The translations under genes were made by a program, and so were the position numbers. Of a DNA stretch of 64,000 nucleotides, positions 41,291 through 49,962 are shown piece by piece. The number at the start of each line of letters is the position of its first letter. Positions within the stretch are counted from its first letter, which is position 1. The stretch comes from Candidatus Hadarchaeota archaeon (GTDB taxonomy: Archaea; Hadarchaeota; Hadarchaeia; Hadarchaeales; JAWBSP01). The DNA lies in assembly GCA_964474885.1 (NCBI GenBank), contig CAYYWO010000003.1:86226-150225 (forward strand), written 5' to 3'. The notes below the pieces were generated by a model. It worked only from the letters and a program-made list of their open reading frames with translations. It made no database searches and was not told the DNA's origin.

Positions 41291-42441
41291 GGTGTAAGAT
41301 TTGTGGCAGGCCAGCGGTGGCCTCTCCCCATATACAGAGGACACCCCTTTGTGCCGAGCACTTCCTGCAGTTTTTCGACAGAAGGGTAGTCAGGACGGTG
41401 GAGGAGTACAGCATGTTCAACCCCCGTGAGGATAGGATAGGAGTCCTCATTTCGGGTGGAAAGGATAGTGCCTCTCTGCTAGCCTGTCTAAAACGCAATT
41501 GGCCAGGCACACAGTTGATAGCTCTGCATTTGAACCTTGGTATAGGCTATTATTCAGAGGAGGCTGAAGAAGCTGCAAGGTTCCTCTGCGAGGGATTAGG
41601 GGTCCCGCTCTATGTTTACAATCTGAAGGAAGAGGAAGGCTTCGCGATGGATGAGTTTGTGCTGACGAGATACCGGAGGAAAATATGCTCTGTATGTGGT
41701 TTCGTTAAAAGAAGGATTTTCTCCAAGATGGCTGCGAGGGCAGGGGTAACATGCGTTGCTACTGCACATCACTTGGATGACGTAGTTTCGACCATGATGC
41801 TATGTTTTGTGAACGGAGATCTAAAGTCTCTAGCCAGACTCTATCCGGTTGAGGAGCCGTTAGTTGAAGGTCAAGTTAGGAAGGTGAAACCACTCGTTTT
41901 TGCCCCTGAGCCCGACATCAAAACTTATGCTAACCTGCTAGCGCTGCCCTTCTGTAGCGAAACATGCCCCCACAGGGAGGATGTTCCACGATTCTCCTAC
42001 AAGAAGATGCTGGATCAAGCAGAGACCTGGAATAGACAAATCAAGTGCCAGCTCTTGTCGGTTTTTCTCAAGAAGCTAATTCCGCTTCTGAAGGGAGAGG
42101 AAACCCCTCAAGTCAATGTCTGCAAGAGGTGTGGTGGTGCAACAGACTCCTCTTCAGGTCTCTGTGGTATGTGCAGGAGGTTGCAAGCTCTTGAAGGGAT
42201 TCGGGATAGGAGGCTTGAGGTAACCGCATCCGAGTGTGAAGAGGGGGAGGGGGAGATCGTAAGAGTGGGGAAGGAGGAAGCACTCTGGAAAGATTCGAAG
42301 TTAAAGAAGCGTTTCTCACCCTACCGGGATAAGAAGATCTACATAGCCGCGGATTTGCCCAGCATCGGTTATAGGATTACACTCAGGCTGAGGAAACTTG
42401 GATTCGAGGCATTCAACATCCGGGATCCGGAGAATCTTTGA
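41287..42441 (+). CDS. TtuA/Ncs6-family tRNA 2-thiolation protein with C-terminal extension
   Basis: CKIC..CAEH, SGGKDS PP-loop, CSVC, AHHLDD, CPH, CKRC..CGMC. Confidence 0.85.
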   Translation: MRCKICGRPAVASPHIQRTPLCAEHFLQFFDRRVVRTVEEYSMFNPREDRIGVLISGGKDSASLLACLKRNWPGTQLIALHLNLGIGYYSEEAEEAARFLCEGLGVPLYVYNLKEEEGFAMDEFVLTRYRRKICSVCGFVKRRIFSKMAARAGVTCVATAHHLDDVVSTMMLCFVNGDLKSLARLYPVEEPLVEGQVRKVKPLVFAPEPDIKTYANLLALPFCSETCPHREDVPRFSYKKMLDQAETWNRQIKCQLLSVFLKKLIPLLKGEETPQVNVCKRCGGATDSSSGLCGMCRRLQALEGIRDRRLEVTASECEEGEGEIVRVGKEEALWKDSKLKKRFSPYRDKKIYIAADLPSIGYRITLRLRKLGFEAFNIRDPENL

Positions 42442-42491
42442 ACAACGTTGCAAAACCCGAAAAATCGTAAACCGCAATTACAATTTTTACG

Positions 42492-42658
42492 ATGTTCCAA
42501 AGGAGCATCCTGAGGGATGAAATCGACCAGCTCATACTCTCACTGGCTCAAGAACCGCGATCGAGTTCCGAGTAGCGGAAAAGGTTGGTCTCACACGTCA
42601 GGCTGTTGTAAAGCGGGTTAACAAGCTCTTGGCGCTGGGGCAGTTGCACAAAATTTAG
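42492..42658 (+). pseudogene. Frameshifted winged-HTH regulator remnant
   Basis: MFQRSILRDEIDQLILSLAQEPRSSSE* continues in the -1 frame as VAEKVGLTRQAVVKRVNKLLALGQLHKI*. Confidence 0.65.
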
Positions 42659-42742
42659 GGGGCAAACTAGCCACTTATTGTAGACCAAAAACTGAGTTGT
42701 CAACTTGACGGTTTACGGTAGGGTGGTATTTTTGGCCACTGA

Positions 42743-42817
<75 letters not shown>

Positions 42818-42842
42818 TCAATTTCCTCTGTCCTAATGAATT

Positions 42843-43088
42843 TCAATCTTTCGAGAAAACCAGACCAACTTCCTTTCCAACCTGCAGGATGGCCCAAGCC
42901 CAAATCAAGCACTCGAAGCTCCTGATGAGGTCCTCCTTTTGGTAAAAGTGCTTTGAATCTTTCAGATAAGCCGAGATGTTCTGGAGGAACTTCTCATCAC
43001 CTGAAACCTTACTTAGTTCCCCTTCCAGTTTTTCAGTCCACTTCCTTATCTCGGTCACGAGCCTACCCCTCAAGTTTTCGGAGGACAT
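42843..43088 (-). CDS. DUF357 family protein
   Basis: AYLKDSKHF..DLIRSFEC..WAWA; follows dph5. Confidence 0.8.
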   Translation of the reverse strand: MSSENLRGRLVTEIRKWTEKLEGELSKVSGDEKFLQNISAYLKDSKHFYQKEDLIRSFECLIWAWAILQVGKEVGLVFSKD

Positions 43089-43848
43089 GATCAGGCACCT
43101 TCGCGAGGATTTTCAGGGCCTTGGCTTCCATGAAGTGAAGTTTACCGGGAACGACCAGCACGTGGGGGGGAGGCCCAAAGTCCTCCTCCAAGAGTCTCAA
43201 AGCTTCATCCCCCCTTACGGTTGCTTCAGCTCCGGCCCTTGCTATCCCGATGGCAAGGGTTTCTGGCGTGAACACGCCCTCCCCAAGATCTTCTTCCGTC
43301 CTCAACAGGACCCTTATTCCCTCGTTAACGGTCAGGTACTCCTTCTCTTCTGCCCTGTAGTCCAGCAATAATAAAGTGTGCAATCCAGCCTCCTTGTTTT
43401 CCTTGAGCACCCGGTATGGGTGCACGGATTTGATGTCGTGAAGCGGGATCGTGGCGGACCGGCCAAACTTGTAACTCTGCAAGCCTGTGAGACCAACCGC
43501 TGCCGTTTGGATGGAGGAAGAATGCACGATCTTGGTCTTGATCCCCCTCTCCTCAGCTCTCAACCTCAGGGCGATATGAGTAGTGGCTACCATGGGGTCC
43601 CCCGGAACCAATAAAACGACCTCCTTGGTTTGAGCCTCTTTCAGTACCTCCTCCCCATCCTCCAGCTCATCCCGACTCAGGAGGGTCACCTCTTTCCCCG
43701 CGAGGTTCCGCAGGCTATCCATGTTCAGCTGGGGGAGGGGACTCGTGTAAAGCTCGATGTAGATCCTGTCAGCCTTTTTCAGCTGTTGCAATCCCTCCAA
43801 GGTCAAACTGTCCTGTCCCTTGATTCCGAGGCCTACGAAAATCAACAT
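43063..43848 (-). CDS. dph5: Diphthine synthase
   Basis: FVGLG, ELYTS, GDPMVATTH, GLQSYKFGRS, GLHTLLLLD, PGKLHFME. Confidence 0.95.
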   Translation of the reverse strand: MLIFVGLGIKGQDSLTLEGLQQLKKADRIYIELYTSPLPQLNMDSLRNLAGKEVTLLSRDELEDGEEVLKEAQTKEVVLLVPGDPMVATTHIALRLRAEERGIKTKIVHSSSIQTAAVGLTGLQSYKFGRSATIPLHDIKSVHPYRVLKENKEAGLHTLLLLDYRAEEKEYLTVNEGIRVLLRTEEDLGEGVFTPETLAIGIARAGAEATVRGDEALRLLEEDFGPPPHVLVVPGKLHFMEAKALKILAKVPDHVLRKLEG

Positions 43849-43881
43849 TCTTTAATTCGGTGAACAAAATTTTACGATAGG

Positions 43882-44280
43882 TTGCCCGCGTTAAAGATAG
43901 TGGCTGACACAAGCTTTCTGATGATCCCAGGACTTTTTCGAGTCGATATTTTCGCCGAGCTTAACCGCATCCTCCGTAGGAGGTATGAAATCCTAGTCCC
44001 GGAACCGGTAGTCAAGGAACTAGAATATCTGGCTAGAAGAGGTACCCCCTCTGAGCGCTGTGCGGCTCGCCTCGCCTTGGCGTCTCTGGATCAGATGAAG
44101 ATAATCCCGAGCGACTCAGAAAACGCTGATAGGGCAATACTTTCTTTTGCCGAAAAGAACAGGGATTGTATCGTGGCGACGGTGGACTCCGCACTCCAGC
44201 GCAGATTGCAGAGGTTAGGAGTAAATATCATAAGGCTCAGGCAGAGAACGAGGCTCATGCTGGAGAGGGAGTTCGAGTAG
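43882..44280 (+). CDS. PIN-domain protein (Fcf1/Utp24-like)
   Basis: VADTSFLM, VVKEL, ADRAIL, VATVD; usual position upstream of rpoE. Confidence 0.8.
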   Translation: MPALKIVADTSFLMIPGLFRVDIFAELNRILRRRYEILVPEPVVKELEYLARRGTPSERCAARLALASLDQMKIIPSDSENADRAILSFAEKNRDCIVATVDSALQRRLQRLGVNIIRLRQRTRLMLEREFE

Positions 44281-44308
44281 TAATTTAAACGGTACTTCTT
44301 CCAACTTG

Positions 44309-46273
44309 ATGCAGACCCTCGAGATAATAACCCTGTCGGGCGGACTGGGGGCGCTGCTGACGGCGGCACTGGCAGCCAAGTCCGTCCTGAGGAGGCCGAA
44401 GGGGGATAGGAAGATGATCGAGATAAGCGAGGCAATTAAGACGGGCGCCTCAACCTTCCTGCGCCGCCAGTATTCCTCCATAGGCTTGTTTGTGGTCTGC
44501 GCAGCCGTCCTGCTCCTGCTGGCTTTCGGCTGGCAAGCTACCGTAGCCTACATCTGTGGATCCCTTAGTTCCATGCTGGCTGGGTACATGGGTATGCGGA
44601 TCGCTGTGGAGGCGAATTGCAGAACGGCTCAGGGGGCCCTAAAGGGACTCCAAGAGGCCCTCCAGATAGCGTTCCGTTCGGGCTTGGTCATGGGCATGCT
44701 CGTGGCTGGTCTTGCAGTCCTGGGCGTTCTGGGCTTTAAGTCTTGGTTGATCGATCCGGAGAAATTGCTACCCTTTAGTTTTGGAGCGAGTACTGTGGCG
44801 ATCTTCGGGAGAGTTGGTGGGGGGCTATACACAAAGACCGCTGATGTGGGAGCGGACTTGGTCGGAAAGGTCGAGGTTGGTATACCCGAGGATGACCCTA
44901 GGAATCCAGCAGTGATCGCAGACAACGTGGGTGATAATGTAGGGGATGTTGCTGGAATGGGAGCAGATTTATTCGAGTCATTCGTCGCCCAGATGATCGC
45001 AACAATGATCGTTGCCAGTGTAGCTGGCTTAGCCTCAGGTTATGTTCTCCTTCCACTAGCCATAGCAGGTATAGGCACCCTTTGCTCGATAGTCTCAGCC
45101 TTAACGATCAGGCCCAGATCCAAAAATCCTAGCTACATTTTGAACTTTGCCAGCATCCTCAGCATGGTCCTAACGGCAGTTTTTGTGGCATTTCTAAGCT
45201 ATGTGCTTTTTTCGTCGGAGGTGATAAAGATAACCGTTCCAGTAGTTCTCGGTCTCATCTCAGGTGCGACGGTAGGCTTGGCTTCCGACTACTTCACGAA
45301 TTACCTGCACAACCCTGCGAGGCATGTCGCTAGATCGGCCCTGACAGGCTCTGCCACGAATATCCTGTCGGGGTACGCAGTGGGGCTCTTCAGCTGCATT
45401 CTTCCCATAATTGTCATAGCGGGGGCGGTCGTCCTAGCATACTCAATAAACGGGCTGTACGGCATATGCCTAGCAGGAATGGGGATGCTGTCCGTGACCG
45501 CAATGGTTGTCTCGGCGGACGCATACGGCCCTGTGGCCGACAATGCCGGAGGAATCATAGAGCAGACAGGTCACGGAGTGAAGAGGGAAGTGACGGATGC
45601 CCTAGATGCGGTTGGTAACACCACGAAGGCGATCTCAAAAGGTTTTGCAATAGGCTCCGCGGCCCTCACTGCCATTGCACTATTTGTCTCCTACTGCCAG
45701 CTCGTAGAGCTGGACCGGCTGGACTTGTTGCATCCAACGGTGGTCGCTGGAGCTTTTGTGGGCGCGGCAGTCATTGCTCTTTTCAGTGCCCTAGTGGTGA
45801 TGGGCGTCAGCAGGAATGCTTTCAGAATGGTTGAGGAGGTCAGAAGGCAGTTCAGGGAAATTCCAGGTTTAAGGGAAGGAAAGGCTAAACCCGATTATGG
45901 AAGATGTGTGGATATCGCCACGAGAGGGGCTCTTAAAGAGCTCGTGTTGCCTGCCTTAGTCATCATCTTGTCTCCTTTTCTGGTTGGTGTCTCTTTGGGA
46001 AAGGAGGCCGTCGGGGGCATGCTCATGGGGAGCATAACACTGGGTTTGGTATTCGCCTTGCAGATGGCAAACTCTGGCGCGGTCTGGGATAATGCAAAGA
46101 AGTACATAGAGCTTGGAAACCTAGGTGGTAAAGGAACCCCGGCCCATCAATCTGCAGTAGTGGGGGACACAGTGGGTGACCCTCTCAAGGATGCGGCAGG
46201 TCCTTCACTGAACATAGCGATAAAGCTGATGTCCATAGTAGCCTTACTTATGGCACTGGCGGGCATAGTTTGA
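44309..46273 (+). CDS. hppA: Membrane-bound pyrophosphatase, K+-independent H+-translocating type
   Basis: DVGADLVGKVE, IADNVGDNVGD, GNTTKA (Lys variant), GDTVGDPLKD. Confidence 0.93.
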   Translation: MQTLEIITLSGGLGALLTAALAAKSVLRRPKGDRKMIEISEAIKTGASTFLRRQYSSIGLFVVCAAVLLLLAFGWQATVAYICGSLSSMLAGYMGMRIAVEANCRTAQGALKGLQEALQIAFRSGLVMGMLVAGLAVLGVLGFKSWLIDPEKLLPFSFGASTVAIFGRVGGGLYTKTADVGADLVGKVEVGIPEDDPRNPAVIADNVGDNVGDVAGMGADLFESFVAQMIATMIVASVAGLASGYVLLPLAIAGIGTLCSIVSALTIRPRSKNPSYILNFASILSMVLTAVFVAFLSYVLFSSEVIKITVPVVLGLISGATVGLASDYFTNYLHNPARHVARSALTGSATNILSGYAVGLFSCILPIIVIAGAVVLAYSINGLYGICLAGMGMLSVTAMVVSADAYGPVADNAGGIIEQTGHGVKREVTDALDAVGNTTKAISKGFAIGSAALTAIALFVSYCQLVELDRLDLLHPTVVAGAFVGAAVIALFSALVVMGVSRNAFRMVEEVRRQFREIPGLREGKAKPDYGRCVDIATRGALKELVLPALVIILSPFLVGVSLGKEAVGGMLMGSITLGLVFALQMANSGAVWDNAKKYIELGNLGGKGTPAHQSAVVGDTVGDPLKDAAGPSLNIAIKLMSIVALLMALAGIV

Positions 46274-46274
46274 A

Positions 46275-46817
46275 ATGGTTCATCGAATAGTGACGCTCAG
46301 AGATACTGTAGGCATCCCCCCCAGCAAGTTTGATCAGCCACTGGAAAAGGCCATTTTCGAGATCCTGAAGGAAACCTACGAGGGCGTCAGGGACAAGGAC
46401 CTGGGAATAGTCCTCGCCATTTGTGATGTTAGGGAGATCGGACCGGGGAGGATTCTCATGGGTGACGGTTCTAGCTACCATGATGTTGTTTTTGATGCCT
46501 TGGTCTTCAAACCCGAGCTGAACGAGGTGGTGGAGGGGGAAGTAGTCGAATTAACAGAGTTTGGGGCATTCGTCCGTATAGGTCCGCTCGACGGTCTCTT
46601 GCACGTCTCTCAAGTGATGGACGACTTTGTCAGCTACAACAGGGACAAAAAGGTCCTGCAGGGGAGGCAAAGCAGGAGAACTTTAAAGGTGGGGGACAGA
46701 GTCAGGGCTAGGATAGTCACTTTGAGTGTCAAGGGCAGGGCTAGGGCGAAGGTAGGACTGACGATGAGACAGCCAGGGCTGGGAAAACTGGAGTGGATAC
46801 GTGAGGATCTAAAGTAA
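46275..46817 (+). CDS. rpoE1: RNA polymerase subunit Rpo7 (E')
   Basis: GDGSSYH, FGAFVRIGPLDGLLHVSQ, GLTMRQPGLGK. Confidence 0.96.
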   Translation: MVHRIVTLRDTVGIPPSKFDQPLEKAIFEILKETYEGVRDKDLGIVLAICDVREIGPGRILMGDGSSYHDVVFDALVFKPELNEVVEGEVVELTEFGAFVRIGPLDGLLHVSQVMDDFVSYNRDKKVLQGRQSRRTLKVGDRVRARIVTLSVKGRARAKVGLTMRQPGLGKLEWIREDLK

Positions 46818-46818
46818 G

Positions 46819-47085
46819 ATGCCGTTCTTGGCCTGCAAGAGGTGTGGGGCAATGCTAACAAAAAAGGAGAAAGCTTGTCCGGTTTGCGGTAGCACGGAAC
46901 TATCGGAAAACTGGGCAGGGTACATTGAGGTTTACCCAATCTGTCAAAAGTGCGGCTACGTACCTAGGCCCGGGGTGCAAAAGTGTCCGAAATGCGGTGC
47001 GGACCTGACCTTGAGCATGTCGGAGGTCGCAAACAGGCTTGGCTTGACTAAGCCCGGCAGATACGCCCTGAAAGTTAAGGAATGA
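46819..47085 (+). CDS. spt4: Transcription elongation factor Spt4 (RpoE'') with inserted Zn ribbon
   Basis: ACKRC..CPVCGS..LSENWAG and SEVA..LG..PGRYALKV, with extra CQKC..CPKC between them. Confidence 0.88.
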   Translation: MPFLACKRCGAMLTKKEKACPVCGSTELSENWAGYIEVYPICQKCGYVPRPGVQKCPKCGADLTLSMSEVANRLGLTKPGRYALKVKE

Positions 47086-47101
47086 TTACTACTATGAGAC
47101 A

Positions 47102-47737
47102 ATGAGACCCGAGTTCAACATCGATCTGTGGGAGCCGAAGACGGAGATCGGCAAAGCGGTGAAGGAGGGGAAGATAAAGGACATCTCCGAGATCCTTCGT
47201 AGCGGTCGCAAAATACTGGAGCCAGAAATAGTGGACGCACTCCTTCCAAACTTACAGCAAGAAGTATTGCACCTACGCTTGGTTCAGAAAATGCACGGCT
47301 CGGGCAGAAGATCTAAATACTGGGCGCTAGTAGCGGTGGGCAACGGAGATGGATATGTCGGGATAGGTGATGAGAAGAGCAAAGAACTGGTAGCAGCAAT
47401 AGCCAAAGCTGCGAGGGTAGCCAAACAAAACCTGATTGAGGTGCCTAGGGGTTGTGGGAGCTGGGAGTGTGGGTGCGGTAGACCACACTCGATCCCCTGT
47501 AAGGTCACTGGGAAGTCGGGAAGCGTGGAAGTTACTCTAATTCCTGCACCACGCGGCTTAGGCATAGTGGCAGGGGACATTCCTAGGACGATTCTGAGAT
47601 TGGCGGGAGTGAAAGACGTTTGGAGTTTTTCGAGAGGTCAGACAAAGACGTCAGTGAATTTCGCCTATGCGACTTTCAACGCTCTGAAGAAACTCAGCCA
47701 AATTCCAATGCCTAACAGGGCTGAGAAACTTGGCTAG
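47102..47737 (+). CDS. rps5: 30S ribosomal protein S5
   Basis: WEPKTEIG, GCGSWECGC, LIPAPRGLG. Confidence 0.96.
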   Translation: MRPEFNIDLWEPKTEIGKAVKEGKIKDISEILRSGRKILEPEIVDALLPNLQQEVLHLRLVQKMHGSGRRSKYWALVAVGNGDGYVGIGDEKSKELVAAIAKAARVAKQNLIEVPRGCGSWECGCGRPHSIPCKVTGKSGSVEVTLIPAPRGLGIVAGDIPRTILRLAGVKDVWSFSRGQTKTSVNFAYATFNALKKLSQIPMPNRAEKLG

Positions 47738-48182
47738 CCTTGCGGTCGTTAGGTTAAGGGGAAGCATAAAAGCAAGAAGGGAGGTCTTAGATACCCTGAG
47801 GATGCTGGGTTTGACACGCGTGAACCATTGTGTGATAATTCCCGACACACCGTCGTATCGTGGGATGTTGCAAAAAGCCAAGGACTACATAACCTGGGGG
47901 GAGGTGGATCCGAAAGTCGTCGAACTTCTTCTCAGAAAGAGGGGGGAATTGGTTGGCAAAAAGAAACTGGACGAGTCTCTTTTAAAGGAGCTGGGGTTCA
48001 GTTCCTTTCAGGAGTTGGTCACCGCAGTCTGCGAGGGGAAGCGCCCCCCTAGACTCAAAAAGGTTTTCAGGTTGCATCCCCCTAGAAAAGGGCTAAAGTC
48101 CATAAAGCGCCCATTTGGGCATGGTGGAGATCTGGGCTACCGGGGAAAGGCAATAAATGATCTTCTACTCAGAATGATCTAA
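47730..48182 (+). CDS. rpl30: 50S ribosomal protein L30 (archaeal)
   Basis: AVVRLRG, KDYITWGE, FRLHPPRKG. Confidence 0.95.
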   Translation: MASLAVVRLRGSIKARREVLDTLRMLGLTRVNHCVIIPDTPSYRGMLQKAKDYITWGEVDPKVVELLLRKRGELVGKKKLDESLLKELGFSSFQELVTAVCEGKRPPRLKKVFRLHPPRKGLKSIKRPFGHGGDLGYRGKAINDLLLRMI

Positions 48183-48185
48183 GCA

Positions 48186-48620
48186 ATGACCGTTCGTTTT
48201 AAGAAGAAGCGAAAGTTCAGGGGTTCTAGAACTTGTGGGAGGGGTTCGGCTAAAAGAGGGAGAGGGAGCGGTGAGAAGGGGGGAAAAGGTATGGCAGGTG
48301 GACACAAGCAAAAATGGACGTATGTTGTCCACCGCATGCCCGACTATTTTGGTAAGCACGGATTCTATCATCCTAAGAAAGAGCTAGCAATAATTAACCT
48401 TAGTGAGCTAGAGGAAAGCCTAGAGCGATTAGTGTCAGCCGGTCAGGTCGAGGTGAAAGAAGGGGTATACCATGTTGATCTTTCTAGATTAGGGATCGAT
48501 AAGCTTCTGGGATCTGGGAAGGTAACCAAGCCTATTGTTGTGTGGGGAGGAAAAGTCTCTGCTAAAGCGGCCGAGAAACTAAAAGCGGCGGGTGGTGGTG
48601 TTGAAGGAGGAGAAACCTAA
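48186..48620 (+). CDS. rpl15: 50S ribosomal protein L15
   Basis: RGSRTCG, YFGKHGF, KLLGSG. Confidence 0.95.
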   Translation: MTVRFKKKRKFRGSRTCGRGSAKRGRGSGEKGGKGMAGGHKQKWTYVVHRMPDYFGKHGFYHPKKELAIINLSELEESLERLVSAGQVEVKEGVYHVDLSRLGIDKLLGSGKVTKPIVVWGGKVSAKAAEKLKAAGGGVEGGET

Positions 48621-49962
48621 GTCGAAAGCTTACGCCCTCAGGCCACTTCTAAGGCTACTACCTGAAATTCGTGTCCCCAAACGTCACGTGAGTTTTCGGG
48701 AGAGGTTCTTCTGGACCATACTCGCTCTTGTTATCTTCCTTTGCATGACTCAGATCCCATTGTACGGCGGGGAGTCGGCGGTCGACATTTTCCAGAATCT
48801 CCGGTACATTTTTGCCAGCTATCGCGGGACGATCGTGGAGCTGGGCATCGGCCCCATTGTGACAGCAGGTATAATTCTCCAGTTGCTCGTGGGGAGCAAG
48901 ATAATCAATCTCGATCTTAGGGAGAGTGAGGATAGAGCCCTTTTTACTAGCCTGCAGAAGGGTCTAGCCATCGTGATGGCCCTGTTTGAGGCAACGATGC
49001 TCGTGCTGGGAGGATGGTATAATCCCCGAACCCAAGAGGGGCAGATCCCCCCCCTCCCTTTTACCTGCCAGCTCTTCTTGATCTTCCAGCTCACGATGGG
49101 AGCCGTTATAGTTCTTTACTTGGATGAGCTGGTGTCGAAGTATGGATTTGGGAGTGGCATAAGCCTCTTCATTTTAGCTGGCGTTTCGATGGAGGTATGC
49201 TGGCAAGCCTTCTCACCTTTCAAGCAGGGGGGACAGTATGTCGGAGCCCTACCCAACTTTGTACATGCGGTCACATCTGGAAGGGGCGTGGGGGATGCGC
49301 TCTTACGAGTTGGCATGCCTAACATGTTAGGCTTTTTCTTCACGGTTCTCATATTCTTACTCGTCCTTTACCTGAACAACATAAGAGTGGAAGTGCCATT
49401 GGCATATGGGAGGTTCGGGCTCCGAGGTCGGTACCCGATAAGTCTCCTCTACACGAATGTCATCCCAGTGATCCTCGCAGTGGCAGTTTTTGCCAACATA
49501 CGTCTCCTAGGTGTCATGTTTCCCTCCCTTTCCGGTTTAAGCGACTTCGTAACCCCGCCCAGAAACCCGCAGGAAGTGATGATAGACCCCCTCCGCGCCC
49601 TGATTTACGTGGCGATCTTTGTGCCATTGTGCGTCGGCTTTTCGTGGGCTTGGGTCTATCTGGCCGGGATGGGACCGAGAGACATAGCGGAGCAGCTGGC
49701 AGATGCAGACCTCTTCATACCAGGGTTCCGCAGAAATGTCCGTACTATAGAAGAGCAGTTGACCAAATACCTGATAGGTGTGACGATTCTGAGCGGCATT
49801 ATAGTAGCATTGCTCTCTGCGATGGGAGACTTTTTGGGAGCATTGGCTAGCGGTACAGGAATTTTACTGGCAGTCAGCATAGCGCAGAACTACTACCAAG
49901 AAATCTCCCGACAGCGAGTGGCCGAGATGTTCCCAGCTGTGAGAAGATTGCTAGGTGAGTGA
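48592..49962 (+). CDS. secY: Preprotein translocase SecY
   Basis: ELGIGPIVTA, KYGFGSGISLFI, LLYTNVIPVIL, IPGFRR, GTGILL. Confidence 0.96.
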   Translation: MVVLKEEKPKSKAYALRPLLRLLPEIRVPKRHVSFRERFFWTILALVIFLCMTQIPLYGGESAVDIFQNLRYIFASYRGTIVELGIGPIVTAGIILQLLVGSKIINLDLRESEDRALFTSLQKGLAIVMALFEATMLVLGGWYNPRTQEGQIPPLPFTCQLFLIFQLTMGAVIVLYLDELVSKYGFGSGISLFILAGVSMEVCWQAFSPFKQGGQYVGALPNFVHAVTSGRGVGDALLRVGMPNMLGFFFTVLIFLLVLYLNNIRVEVPLAYGRFGLRGRYPISLLYTNVIPVILAVAVFANIRLLGVMFPSLSGLSDFVTPPRNPQEVMIDPLRALIYVAIFVPLCVGFSWAWVYLAGMGPRDIAEQLADADLFIPGFRRNVRTIEEQLTKYLIGVTILSGIIVALLSAMGDFLGALASGTGILLAVSIAQNYYQEISRQRVAEMFPAVRRLLGE

